Below, piece by piece: positions 37,974 through 45,653 of a stretch of DNA of 64,000 bases. Every line of letters begins with the position of its first letter. The stretch's first letter is position 1. A model generated the notes under the pieces. That model was given only the letters and a program-made list of their open reading frames with translations, had not been told where the DNA came from and ran no database searches. The stretch covers positions 171-64,170 of the forward strand of contig JAEEZZ010000139.1 of NCBI GenBank assembly GCA_016292255.1, given 5' to 3'. Position numbers and translations under genes: made by a program. Source of the stretch: Oscillospiraceae bacterium. GTDB lineage: Bacteria > Bacillota > Clostridia > Oscillospirales > Oscillospiraceae.

Positions 37974-38728
37974 AGCTCGATCTCTCCCTCGAAAACCGTC
38001 TCGGCGGGGCCTTCCATATACAGCTCTCCCTGTTGGCCCACCGTGATCTGCAGCGCGCCGCCGTCCAGCAGCACCGTGATCGGCTCCATCGGCCGGCAGA
38101 GGCCGCGCCGGACTGCAGCGGCAGCCGAGGCGCAGGCGCCGGTGCCGCAGGCCAGGGTGATCCCGCTGCCCCGCTCCCAGACCCGCATCCGCAGGCGATC
38201 CGGGCCGAGCACCTGTACAAATTCCACGTTGATCCCCCCGGGAACAGAGGCGCAGAGCGCCGGGCCCAGGGTGCTCAAGGGCGCACCCTCCGCGTCGGAG
38301 ACGAAGCGTACCAGGTGGGGGTTGCCCACGTCCACAAGATCCCCCTCTGTGCCGGGGATCACCGCAGCGCGGCCCATCTCCGCCGTGACGGAGACAACCC
38401 TGCCGTTTTCGGGGCGGAGCCGGAGGCGGCGCAGACCTGCGCCGGTCTCGATCAGCAGCTCGGTTTTGTCGGTGAGGCCCCGGTCATAGACGTACTTGCC
38501 CACACAGCGGATGCCGTTGCCGCACATCTCCGCCTCGCTGCCGTCGGCGTTGAAGATCCGCATCCGGAAGTCCGCACAGTCGGAGGGAGAAATGAAGATG
38601 ATGCCGTCCGCGCCCGGCCCGAAGTGCCGGTCGGACAGGCGTCGGCTCAGCGCCGGAGCGTCCGCGGGAGCCTGCCCGTAGATATATAAATAATCGTTGC
38701 CGAGGCCCTGCATTTTCGTAAAGCGCAT
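37970..38728 (-). CDS. dapF: Diaminopimelate epimerase
   Basis: I used the start MRFTKMQGLGNDYLYIY (ATG at 38728, AGGAG upstream). The two catalytic Cys contexts are NADGSEAEMCGNG and ACGTGACA. Confidence 0.9.
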   Translation of the reverse strand: MRFTKMQGLGNDYLYIYGQAPADAPALSRRLSDRHFGPGADGIIFISPSDCADFRMRIFNADGSEAEMCGNGIRCVGKYVYDRGLTDKTELLIETGAGLRRLRLRPENGRVVSVTAEMGRAAVIPGTEGDLVDVGNPHLVRFVSDAEGAPLSTLGPALCASVPGGINVEFVQVLGPDRLRMRVWERGSGITLACGTGACASAAAAVRRGLCRPMEPITVLLDGGALQITVGQQGELYMEGPAETVFEGEIEL

Positions 38729-38755
38729 GGGAGCTCCTTTCCGCGATCGCAACGT

Positions 38756-38810
38756 AAAAAAGGCAACTTGGAGATGCGGGGGAATTGTCCCAAAGACTCC
38801 ATTGCCTTTT
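38756..38810. terminator. Long hairpin flanked by an A-run and a T-run between divergent dapF and glnA (terminator-like on both strands)
   Basis: AAAAAGGCAACTTGGAG (38756-38772) ... CTCCATTGCCTTTT (38797-38810). The stem is imperfect (one 2-nt bulge) with a 24-nt loop. It lies only about 27 nt upstream of the dapF ATG on the minus strand. Confidence 0.45.
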
Positions 38811-38852
38811 GACGACTTATTATATATAATGGAAAAAACAATGTCAACCCCC

Positions 38853-38881
38853 TTTTCAAATCTGTTGCGCTGGTGTATAAT
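38853..38881 (+). promoter_or_regulatory. Candidate promoter for glnA
   Basis: TTTTCA (38853-38858), a 17-nt spacer, then TATAAT (38876-38881) with GTG immediately upstream. This leaves a leader of about 20 nt before the SD GGAGGG. Confidence 0.4.
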
Positions 38882-38907
38882 ACGGAAAAATGATTGGAGG
38901 GACTTTT

Positions 38908-40116
38908 ATGCGCTACTCCTGGGAGGACGTTCAGACCTTTGTGCAGGAAGAAGACGTCCGATTCATCCATCTTGTGTTCTGCGACGTGTTCGGGCGGCAA
39001 AAGAATATCGCCATTCTGCCCGCCGAGCTCTCCCGGGCCGTCTCCTGCGGGATCGCCATCGACGCGTCCGCGATCTCCGGCTTCGGCGGCGCGGTGCATT
39101 CCGATCTGTTTCTGCATCCGATCCCGGACAGCCTCACCCTGCTGCCCTGGAGACCGGAGCAGGGCAAGCTGGTGGAGCTGCGCTGCTTTGTGACCTACCC
39201 GGACGGACGGCTGTTTGAAAATGACACCCGCTCCCTGCTGCGCGAGGCCGTTGCCAGAGCGGAGCAGGCCGGTCTGTCCTTCTCCTTCGGGCCGGAGCTG
39301 GAATTCTATCTCTTCCGGCTGGACGACGAGGGCGAGCCCACCCGGCGGCCCTATGACAACGCGTCCTATATGGACGCCGCCCCGGAGGACAAGGGGGAGG
39401 GGATCCGGCGGGAGATCTGCATGATGCTCCAGGCGCTGAACATCCAGCCCGAGGGGGCCCACCACGAGGAGGGCCCCGGCCAGAACGAGATCGACTTCCG
39501 CTACTCCGACGCCCTGACGGCTGCGGACAACGCGATGACCTTCCGCTCCGTGGTAAAGACCGTTGCCGCCCGGAACGGCCTGTACGCGGATTTCTCCCCC
39601 CGGCCCCTGAAGCACAGCCCTGGCAGCGGCCTGCATATCAACATTTCCGTCAAGGCGGAAAGCGGCGCGGATCTGCTGCCCCATGTGATCGCCGGCATCC
39701 TGGAGCACGTCCCCGAGATCACCGTGTTTCTCAACCCCACGGAGGGATCCTATGACCGTCTGGGCCGGGACAAGGCGCCCAGCTATGTCTCCTGGTCCAG
39801 CGAGAACCGCTCGCAGCTGGTGCGCGTGCCCGCTGCGGAGGGGGAGTTCCGCCGGGCGGAGCTGCGCTCTCCCGATCCCGGCGCGAATCCCTACCTGGCC
39901 TTCGCCCTGCTGATCCATGCCGCCCTGGACGGGATCGAGGCCGGGCTCTCTCTGCCCGAGCCTGCCGATCTGAACCTCTTCACCGCGGACGAGCAGACCC
40001 TGGCCCGGTTCAGACGGCTGCCCGCCAGCAGATCGGAGGCCGCGCGTCTGGCGCGGGACAGCGATTTTGTGCAAAAGCATCTGCCGCAAATGCTGATCGC
40101 CGCCTATTGCGGCTGA
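38908..40116 (+). CDS. glnA: Glutamine synthetase (short GlnA-family enzyme)
   Basis: I used the start MRYSWEDVQ (ATG at 38908). VRFIHLVFCDVFGRQK..., GPELEFYLF, HHEEGPGQNEIDF and NPYLAFA are GS catalytic motifs. Confidence 0.85.
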   Translation: MRYSWEDVQTFVQEEDVRFIHLVFCDVFGRQKNIAILPAELSRAVSCGIAIDASAISGFGGAVHSDLFLHPIPDSLTLLPWRPEQGKLVELRCFVTYPDGRLFENDTRSLLREAVARAEQAGLSFSFGPELEFYLFRLDDEGEPTRRPYDNASYMDAAPEDKGEGIRREICMMLQALNIQPEGAHHEEGPGQNEIDFRYSDALTAADNAMTFRSVVKTVAARNGLYADFSPRPLKHSPGSGLHINISVKAESGADLLPHVIAGILEHVPEITVFLNPTEGSYDRLGRDKAPSYVSWSSENRSQLVRVPAAEGEFRRAELRSPDPGANPYLAFALLIHAALDGIEAGLSLPEPADLNLFTADEQTLARFRRLPASRSEAARLARDSDFVQKHLPQMLIAAYCG

Positions 40117-40172
40117 GCAAGGCCACAGACAGCGGAAAACTGCTGCCGTAACGCGGAAAGGAGGGATGGCGC

Positions 40173-40778
40173 ATGGTCTTTTCCCAGCAATGCTTCAGCG
40201 TGCTGATCGTGTCGGACTCGGCCCGCTTCAACCAGGCGATCACCGAGCTGATGCCGGCCTCGGGCTATGCGCCCATCCGGATCGTTCCGTCCGTCAGCGC
40301 GGCCAAACGGGCCGCCCTGGAGCGGGTCTATGATTTCGTGGTGCTCAACACGCCCCTGCCCGACGACTTCGGCACGGCCTTCGCCGCGGCCCAGAGCGGC
40401 AATCGGCAGACCGTGGTGCTGATGCTTGTGCGGGCATCCCTGCAGGAGCAGATCCAGAGCCAGGTGACAGACCGGGGCGTCTTCACCCTGCCCAAGCCTA
40501 CCACCCGGCAGGCGCTGCAAACGGCCCTGCAATGGATGGGCGCGGCCCGGGAGCGGCTCCGCAGAATGGAGGAGGCCGACCGGAGCGTGGAGGACAGGAT
40601 GCGGGAGATCCATCGGATGAACCGGGCCAAATGGCTGCTGATCGAGCGTCGCGGCATGAGCGAGTCCGAGGCGCATCATTACCTGGAGCAGCAGGCCATG
40701 GCGCAGTGCGTCAGTAAGCGCGCCATCGTCGATGAGATCCTCTCCGGGCTGGAAGCCCTGCCGCCCACGGAGGGGTAA
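40173..40778 (+). CDS. ANTAR-domain RNA-binding antiterminator with a pseudo-receiver domain
   Basis: 201-aa ORF. The C-terminal ANTAR has REIHRMNRAKWLLIERRGMSESEAHHYLEQQAMAQCVSKRAIVDEIL. The N-terminal receiver-like fold lacks the acidic pocket (VLIVSDS) and has Asn where the phospho-Asp is expected (FVVLNTPLP). Confidence 0.85.
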   Translation: MVFSQQCFSVLIVSDSARFNQAITELMPASGYAPIRIVPSVSAAKRAALERVYDFVVLNTPLPDDFGTAFAAAQSGNRQTVVLMLVRASLQEQIQSQVTDRGVFTLPKPTTRQALQTALQWMGAARERLRRMEEADRSVEDRMREIHRMNRAKWLLIERRGMSESEAHHYLEQQAMAQCVSKRAIVDEILSGLEALPPTEG

Positions 40779-40852
40779 GCCCACCAAAGCCCCCGGAGCC
40801 CCCCAAAGCCCCCGGCGTTTGCCCGCCGTACAAGTGAAAAGGAACAGAAAAA

Positions 40853-40886
40853 CTCCCGGCATCGCAAGGATGCCGGGAGCTTTTTT
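40853..40886. terminator. Bidirectional rho-independent terminator
   Basis: AAAAACTCCCGGCATC-GCAAG-GATGCCGGGAGCTTTTTT, an 11-bp perfect stem between convergent genes. Confidence 0.8.
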
Positions 40887-40894
40887 GCATAAGA

Positions 40895-42217
40895 TCAGTC
40901 GATCACAGTGGTGTAGTAGGTGGTGGTCGTGCCGCCGGTGGTGGTCTGCTTCCAGAAGTACAGGCCGGTGGGAGCGGAGGAGTTCACCATGAAGTACTTG
41001 TTGGAGGAGAAGGCCAGGTAGGGATAGCGGCTGCTGGCGCTGTTGGCAGCGGTCACGTTGCTGCCGCTGATGGACAGGCTCCACTGGCAGTAGCTGGAGG
41101 AGTAGCTGGAGCGGCTGTAGAGGTAGCTGCTGTAGCTGCCCAGGTAGGTGTTGGTGGAGGCGTTCCGGATGCTGTACTTGGAGCCGGTGGAGGCCACGTT
41201 GAACACGTAGGCGTCGGTGGCGCCGGTCAGCACGTCGCCGGAGCAGGTCATGCCGGTGTTGGCAATGGCCACAGCGCCGCCCGCGGAAGCGGATTCATAC
41301 TTGGTGTTGCCGGACAGGCCCTTCAGCACGTACATACTGCCGGTGTTGGTGCCGTAGGTGATGACGTAGCTGCCGGTCCAGTCGGAGGGAGCGGAGCTCA
41401 GCTTCTGGTAGCCTGTGCCGCTGCTGCCGGAGGTGGAGGTGTAGGAGTACAGAGCCCGCAGCGTCACGTTGCCGGTGACCCGGTAGGAGCCGGTGAGGAT
41501 GTTGCCGGGCTGGGTGGTGGAGTTGTTCACCGCAGCGGTGACCCAACCCAGGAAGGTGTAGCCGGCGGGAGCCGCAGCGGTGGGCAGGGTGACGGTGCTG
41601 CCCGCAGTCACGGTCTGGCTGGCGGGAGCGGTGACGCCGTTGGGCACGGAGTAGCTCACCGTGTAGGTGGTCTCAGGCTCGGGGGTGGAGGCGCTGGGGC
41701 TGGTGGTGTAGTAGGTGGTGCCGGTGGCAGTCGCCTTCCACAGCCGGAGCACGTTGGCGTTGTTGGTGCTGGCGGACCAGAAGTACTTGTTGCTGGTGGA
41801 GAAGCCGAAGTAGGGGTAGCTGCCGTTGGCGTAGTTCTTCAGCTGAGCAGCGCCGCTGGAGTTGACCGCAGGCGTCCATCTGCAGTAGGAGGAGTTGTAG
41901 CTGGTGTAGCCGGCCAGGTAGGAGCTGGAGTTCATGCCCATGTAGACGCCGGTAGAAGCGCTCTGCAGGGTGTAGTAGCTGCCGGTGGCGGCCAGGGTGA
42001 AGACGTAAGCGTCGGAGACGTTGGACAGGGTGTTGTTGGACAGGCTCATGCCGGTGGAGGCGTAGGTGGAGGCATTGTTGCTGTTTTCAATCTGGCTGCC
42101 GTTGGAGCTGGGGGTGACGCCCTTCAGCACGTACATATTGGTGGAGTTGCCGTTGGTGATGACGTAGTTGCCGGCCCAGGTGGAGGGCGTGGAGCTCACC
42201 AGCTGGTAGACGTTCTC
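40895..42217 (-). repeat. Copy 1 of a direct repeat of about 1.3 kb shared by the two protease genes (3-prime stalk region)
   Basis: Long runs are identical by eye to 44352-45653, e.g. CAGGTAGGGATAGCGGCTGCTGGCGCTGTTGGC and GATGGACAGGCTCCACTGGCAGTAGCTGGAGGAGTAGCTGGAGCGGCTGTA. The encoded modules look roughly 85-90 percent identical by eye, which I have not computed. Confidence 0.8.
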
Positions 42218-44224
42218 GCCGCCGTTGCCCTCGGTGCGGGCGTAAACGGCGTACAGCGTGACGTTGCCGCTGGGGGTGTAGGAGCCGCTCAGAACAGCGG
42301 GACGGGTGGTGGTCTCGGCGACGGTGTTGGCAGCCCAGCCCACGAAGCTGTAGCCGCTCACAGCGGTGGCCGTGGTGGGCAGCGTCACAGATTCGCCCTG
42401 GTAGCAGCTCAGGGTGTTGTAGGTGGCGCCGTTGGCCTTCAGGGTCACGGTGTACTGGGTCTTGGCGGCGAAGTTGATGCGAACCGTGCAGTCAGAGGAG
42501 GGGTTCACCGTGAAGGTGTTGCCGTTCTGGGTGACGGTGGCGGTGCCGCTGGTGACGGTGTAGCCCGCCGCGTAGTAGCCGGTCTTCGGGCTGGCGGTGA
42601 TCACGTTGCCGCTGATGGAAACGGTGCCGTAGCCGGTGTTGTTGGAGACGGCGGTCACCGTGTAGGTGGGCGCGGGCGTGGAGTTGACCTTGATGCCGAA
42701 GTATCTGAGGCTGGAGCTGGCGCCGGAGGGAGGATTGTAGACGCCGTTCACGGGCTTGACGGTGATGGAGCCGCCGCCCTTGATGGAGCAGCTGGAGCCG
42801 GTGAAGACCACGGGAGCCAGCAGGTCGTAGGGGCTCTGAACGTCATGATACTTGCTGGGATCGTAGCCGTTCTGCACCTTGAAGCCGTAGATGCCGTTGT
42901 AGTCGCTCTGGGCCGCGTTGGCGGTGACAGCGATGCGGAAATCCCGAACCAGATCGGCGCAGCTCACGCCGGTGGCGTTGGTGATGGCGGAGACGTCGCT
43001 GGAGGAGAACTTGTTGGAGATCTGTCTGTAGATGGTGTTGCCGAATCTGGAGTACAGATACTGGGCGAAGAAGGAGACCTGGGAGTAGAGCGCCAGGATA
43101 TCGCTCAGGTTGTTGTTCCAGGCGTACATGGAGTAGCCGTTGTGCAGGTTGTAGCTGGACTGATACTTGAACTCGGAGGGAGGATTCAGCCAGTCGTTGT
43201 TGTCGGCGTAGTAGTAGTTTTCCCAGGACTGGATGCGGCTGACAAGGGAGCTGCCGGGATAGCAGATCTCCTCGGCCGCGGCGGAGAAGCACTCGTTGAG
43301 CCAGGTGCTCATGCCGCTGGTGTTGGAGTAGTTGATCAGGTGCTGATACTCATGGACCATGGTGTTGTAGGTGGTGTCCATGCTCTTGTATTCAGTGCCG
43401 CTGGAATTCTTGTAGTAGACGCCGGGGTAGGTGTCGATGTTCAGGATGGGCAGGCCGTTGTTGGAGATGTCCACCTGGTAGAAGAAGCCGGCGATGTAAC
43501 CCTGGCCGGGCTGCCAGCCGTCGTTGATGTTGTAGTACAGCATATGCAGCTTGCCGTCGCCGGAGGAGCCGTTGGTGTGGTTGCCGAAGGAGGACTGCAT
43601 CAGGCTGAACTTGGAGTCGAACTCATCGGCGGCCTTCTTGGCGAAGCTGGAGTCGATGGTATCCAGGGGGTAGGTGTTGTTGGCGGAAGAGCTGGGGGTC
43701 CAGATGTAGCAGTGCTGGCCCACGTACAGGCACTTGAACTGCACGCTGCCGCTGCCGGTGGGGGAGTAGGTGGAGTAGATGTTGAAGGTCTTGGTGGAGC
43801 CAACGTTATAGGAAGCTCTGGTGGGGACGGGCTCCTTGATGACCGCGGTCTTGGCTTCCTCAGCCATCAGCGGATCCACGTCGAGCTTGAAGGGACGGGC
43901 TTCGTCCCGGGCGGCCCGGAGGAGCTCGGCGTTGGCGTTTGCGTTGGTGTTGACGGTGGTCTCAATGAGGCCGGTCATGGTGCCGGTGGAGGCGGAGCTG
44001 CTGGAGCTGGTGGAGGGGTTGTAGATCACAACGTAGTCGCCCTCGTAGCCGCCGGCGGCGTCAGAGTCTACTACGATCCCGGAGTATACGGCGCGTACCT
44101 GGGAGCTGACGGCCTCGGCGCGTTCACCCGTCTGTGCGCCCACAGCGGGAACCATCAGGCTTCCCATCAAAGCGAGGATCAAAAACAGAGAGAGCAGATG
44201 ACGAAATGTATGGTGATGCAGCAT
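40895..44224 (-). CDS. Giant secreted HExxH zinc metalloprotease (possibly M30/hyicolysin-like head) with InlB-B-like and Listeria-Bacteroides repeats and two copies of an unknown module of about 160 aa
   Basis: I used the start MLHHHTFRHLLSLFLILALMGSLMVPAVGA (ATG at 44224, AAAGGAG 7 nt upstream; the track start is a TTG inside the SD). The zinc motif TMVHEYQHLINY is at 43340-43354. The stalk has YTVTAVSNNTGYGTVS..., two Flg_new-type repeats (...GYSFVGWA..., ...GYTFLGWV...) and two W.G.YVIT...LWK modules. There is no LPXTG, SLH or choline-binding tail. Confidence 0.8.
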   Translation of the reverse strand: MLHHHTFRHLLSLFLILALMGSLMVPAVGAQTGERAEAVSSQVRAVYSGIVVDSDAAGGYEGDYVVIYNPSTSSSSSASTGTMTGLIETTVNTNANANAELLRAARDEARPFKLDVDPLMAEEAKTAVIKEPVPTRASYNVGSTKTFNIYSTYSPTGSGSVQFKCLYVGQHCYIWTPSSSANNTYPLDTIDSSFAKKAADEFDSKFSLMQSSFGNHTNGSSGDGKLHMLYYNINDGWQPGQGYIAGFFYQVDISNNGLPILNIDTYPGVYYKNSSGTEYKSMDTTYNTMVHEYQHLINYSNTSGMSTWLNECFSAAAEEICYPGSSLVSRIQSWENYYYADNNDWLNPPSEFKYQSSYNLHNGYSMYAWNNNLSDILALYSQVSFFAQYLYSRFGNTIYRQISNKFSSSDVSAITNATGVSCADLVRDFRIAVTANAAQSDYNGIYGFKVQNGYDPSKYHDVQSPYDLLAPVVFTGSSCSIKGGGSITVKPVNGVYNPPSGASSSLRYFGIKVNSTPAPTYTVTAVSNNTGYGTVSISGNVITASPKTGYYAAGYTVTSGTATVTQNGNTFTVNPSSDCTVRINFAAKTQYTVTLKANGATYNTLSCYQGESVTLPTTATAVSGYSFVGWAANTVAETTTRPAVLSGSYTPSGNVTLYAVYARTEGNGGENVYQLVSSTPSTWAGNYVITNGNSTNMYVLKGVTPSSNGSQIENSNNASTYASTGMSLSNNTLSNVSDAYVFTLAATGSYYTLQSASTGVYMGMNSSSYLAGYTSYNSSYCRWTPAVNSSGAAQLKNYANGSYPYFGFSTSNKYFWSASTNNANVLRLWKATATGTTYYTTSPSASTPEPETTYTVSYSVPNGVTAPASQTVTAGSTVTLPTAAAPAGYTFLGWVTAAVNNSTTQPGNILTGSYRVTGNVTLRALYSYTSTSGSSGTGYQKLSSAPSDWTGSYVITYGTNTGSMYVLKGLSGNTKYESASAGGAVAIANTGMTCSGDVLTGATDAYVFNVASTGSKYSIRNASTNTYLGSYSSYLYSRSSYSSSYCQWSLSISGSNVTAANSASSRYPYLAFSSNKYFMVNSSAPTGLYFWKQTTTGGTTTTYYTTVID

Positions 44225-44303
44225 ATAGATACTCCTTTTCAAATTTCAGATTGGTTTTTCTATTGAATTGCGCTGCGTAGGACGTTTCGTTCGTCTGGGA
44301 AAG

Positions 44304-44335
44304 GGATGCCCACCATCTTGCGGTGGTGGGCATCC
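44304..44335 (-). terminator. Hairpin downstream of the C1 protease gene (weak T-tract)
   Basis: GGATGCCCACCA (44304-44315) / TGGTGGGCATCC (44324-44335), a 12-bp perfect stem. The minus-strand downstream sequence is CTTTCCC, so it may terminate only partially. Confidence 0.45.
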
Positions 44336-44351
44336 TGCGAGTGTCAGGGGA

Positions 44352-45653
44352 TCAGGTGGTGTAGTAGGTGGTGGAGCTGCCGCCGGTGGTCTGCTTCCAG
44401 AAGTACAGGCCGGTGGGCACAGAGGAGCTCACCATGAAGTAGTTGCTGGAGGCGAAGGCCAGGTAGGGATAGCGGCTGCTGGCGCTGTTGGCGGCGGTCA
44501 CGTTGCCGCTGCTGATGGACAGGCTCCACTGGCAGTAGCTGGAGGAGTAGCTGGAGCGGCTGTACAGGTAGGAGTTGTAGCTGCCCAGGTAGGTGCCGGT
44601 GGACTTGTTGCGGATGGTGTACTTGGAGCCGGTGGAGGCGATCTCGAACACGTAGGCGTCGGTGACGTCAGTGAGCTTGCCGTCGGCGTAGGTCATGCCG
44701 GTGTTGCTGTACAGGACAGCGCCGCCCGCGGAGGCGGACTCATACTTGGTGTTGCCGGACAGGCCCTTCAGCATATAGAGGCTGCTGGTGTTGGTGCCGT
44801 AGGTGATGACGTAGTTGCCGGCCCAATCGGTGGGCGCGGAATCCAGAAGCTCATAGGCGGTGCCTTCGCCGGAGGTGGAGGTGTAGGAATACAGAGCCCG
44901 CAGCGTCACGTTGCCGGTGACCTTGTAGGAGCCGGTGAGGATGTTGCCGGGCTGCGTGGTGGAGTTGTTCACCGCGGCGGTGACCCAGCCCAGGAAGGTG
45001 TAGCCGGCGGGAGCGGCGGCAGTGGGCAGGGTGATGTAGCTGTTGGCGGCAGCCGTCTGGCTGGCGGGAGCAGTGATACCGCTGGGAACGGAGAAGCTGA
45101 CGGTGTAGTTGGTTACGGGAGCGGCAGAGCCGATCTCGGTGGTGTAGTAGGTGGTGCCGCCGGCGGTCTGCTTCCACAGACGGAGCACGTTGGCGTTGTT
45201 GGTGCTGGCAGACCAGAAGTACTTGCTGCTGGTGTTGAAGCCGAAGTACGGATAGCTGCCGTTGGCGTAGTTCTTCAGCTGAGCAGCGCCGCTGGAGTTG
45301 ACAGCGGGGGTCCATCTGCAGTAGCTGGAGTTGTAGCTGGTGTAGCCGGCCAGGTAGGAGCTGGAGTTCATGCCCATGTAGGTGCCGGTGGCAGCGCTCT
45401 TCACGGTGTAGTAGCTGCCGGTGGCATCCAGGGTGAAGACGTAGGCGTCCGCCACGTTGGTCAGAGCGTTGTTGGACAGGCTCATGCCGGTGGAGGCGTA
45501 AGCGGTGGCATTGGAGCTGGCCTCGATCTCAGCGCCGTTGGAGCTGGGGGTCACGCCCGTCAGCACGTACATACTGGTGGAGTTGCCGTTGGTGATGACG
45601 TAGTTGCCGGCCCAGGAGGAAGGCGTGGAGCTCACCAGCTGGTAGGCGGAAGC
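44352..45653 (-). repeat. Copy 2 of the direct repeat of about 1.3 kb shared by the two protease genes
   Basis: See copy 1. The off-frame shadow ORFs of the two regions in the track are also near-identical (MEPVHQRQQRDRCQQRQQPLSLPG vs MEPVHQQRQRDRRQQRQQPLSLPG). Confidence 0.8.

Noticed and set aside
40783-40815. Direct repeat CCAAAGCCCCCGG x2 just after the ANTAR gene stop
   Set aside because: It is very short and has no associated structure or gene. I noted it only as a possible slippage duplication.
40104-41084. 326-aa minus-strand ORF bridging the ANTAR gene and the metalloprotease 3-prime end
   Set aside because: It crosses a strong bidirectional terminator. It is antisense to the ANTAR gene and off-frame in the protease gene. 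A near-identical shadow ORF exists at 44344-44529 purely because of the DNA repeat.
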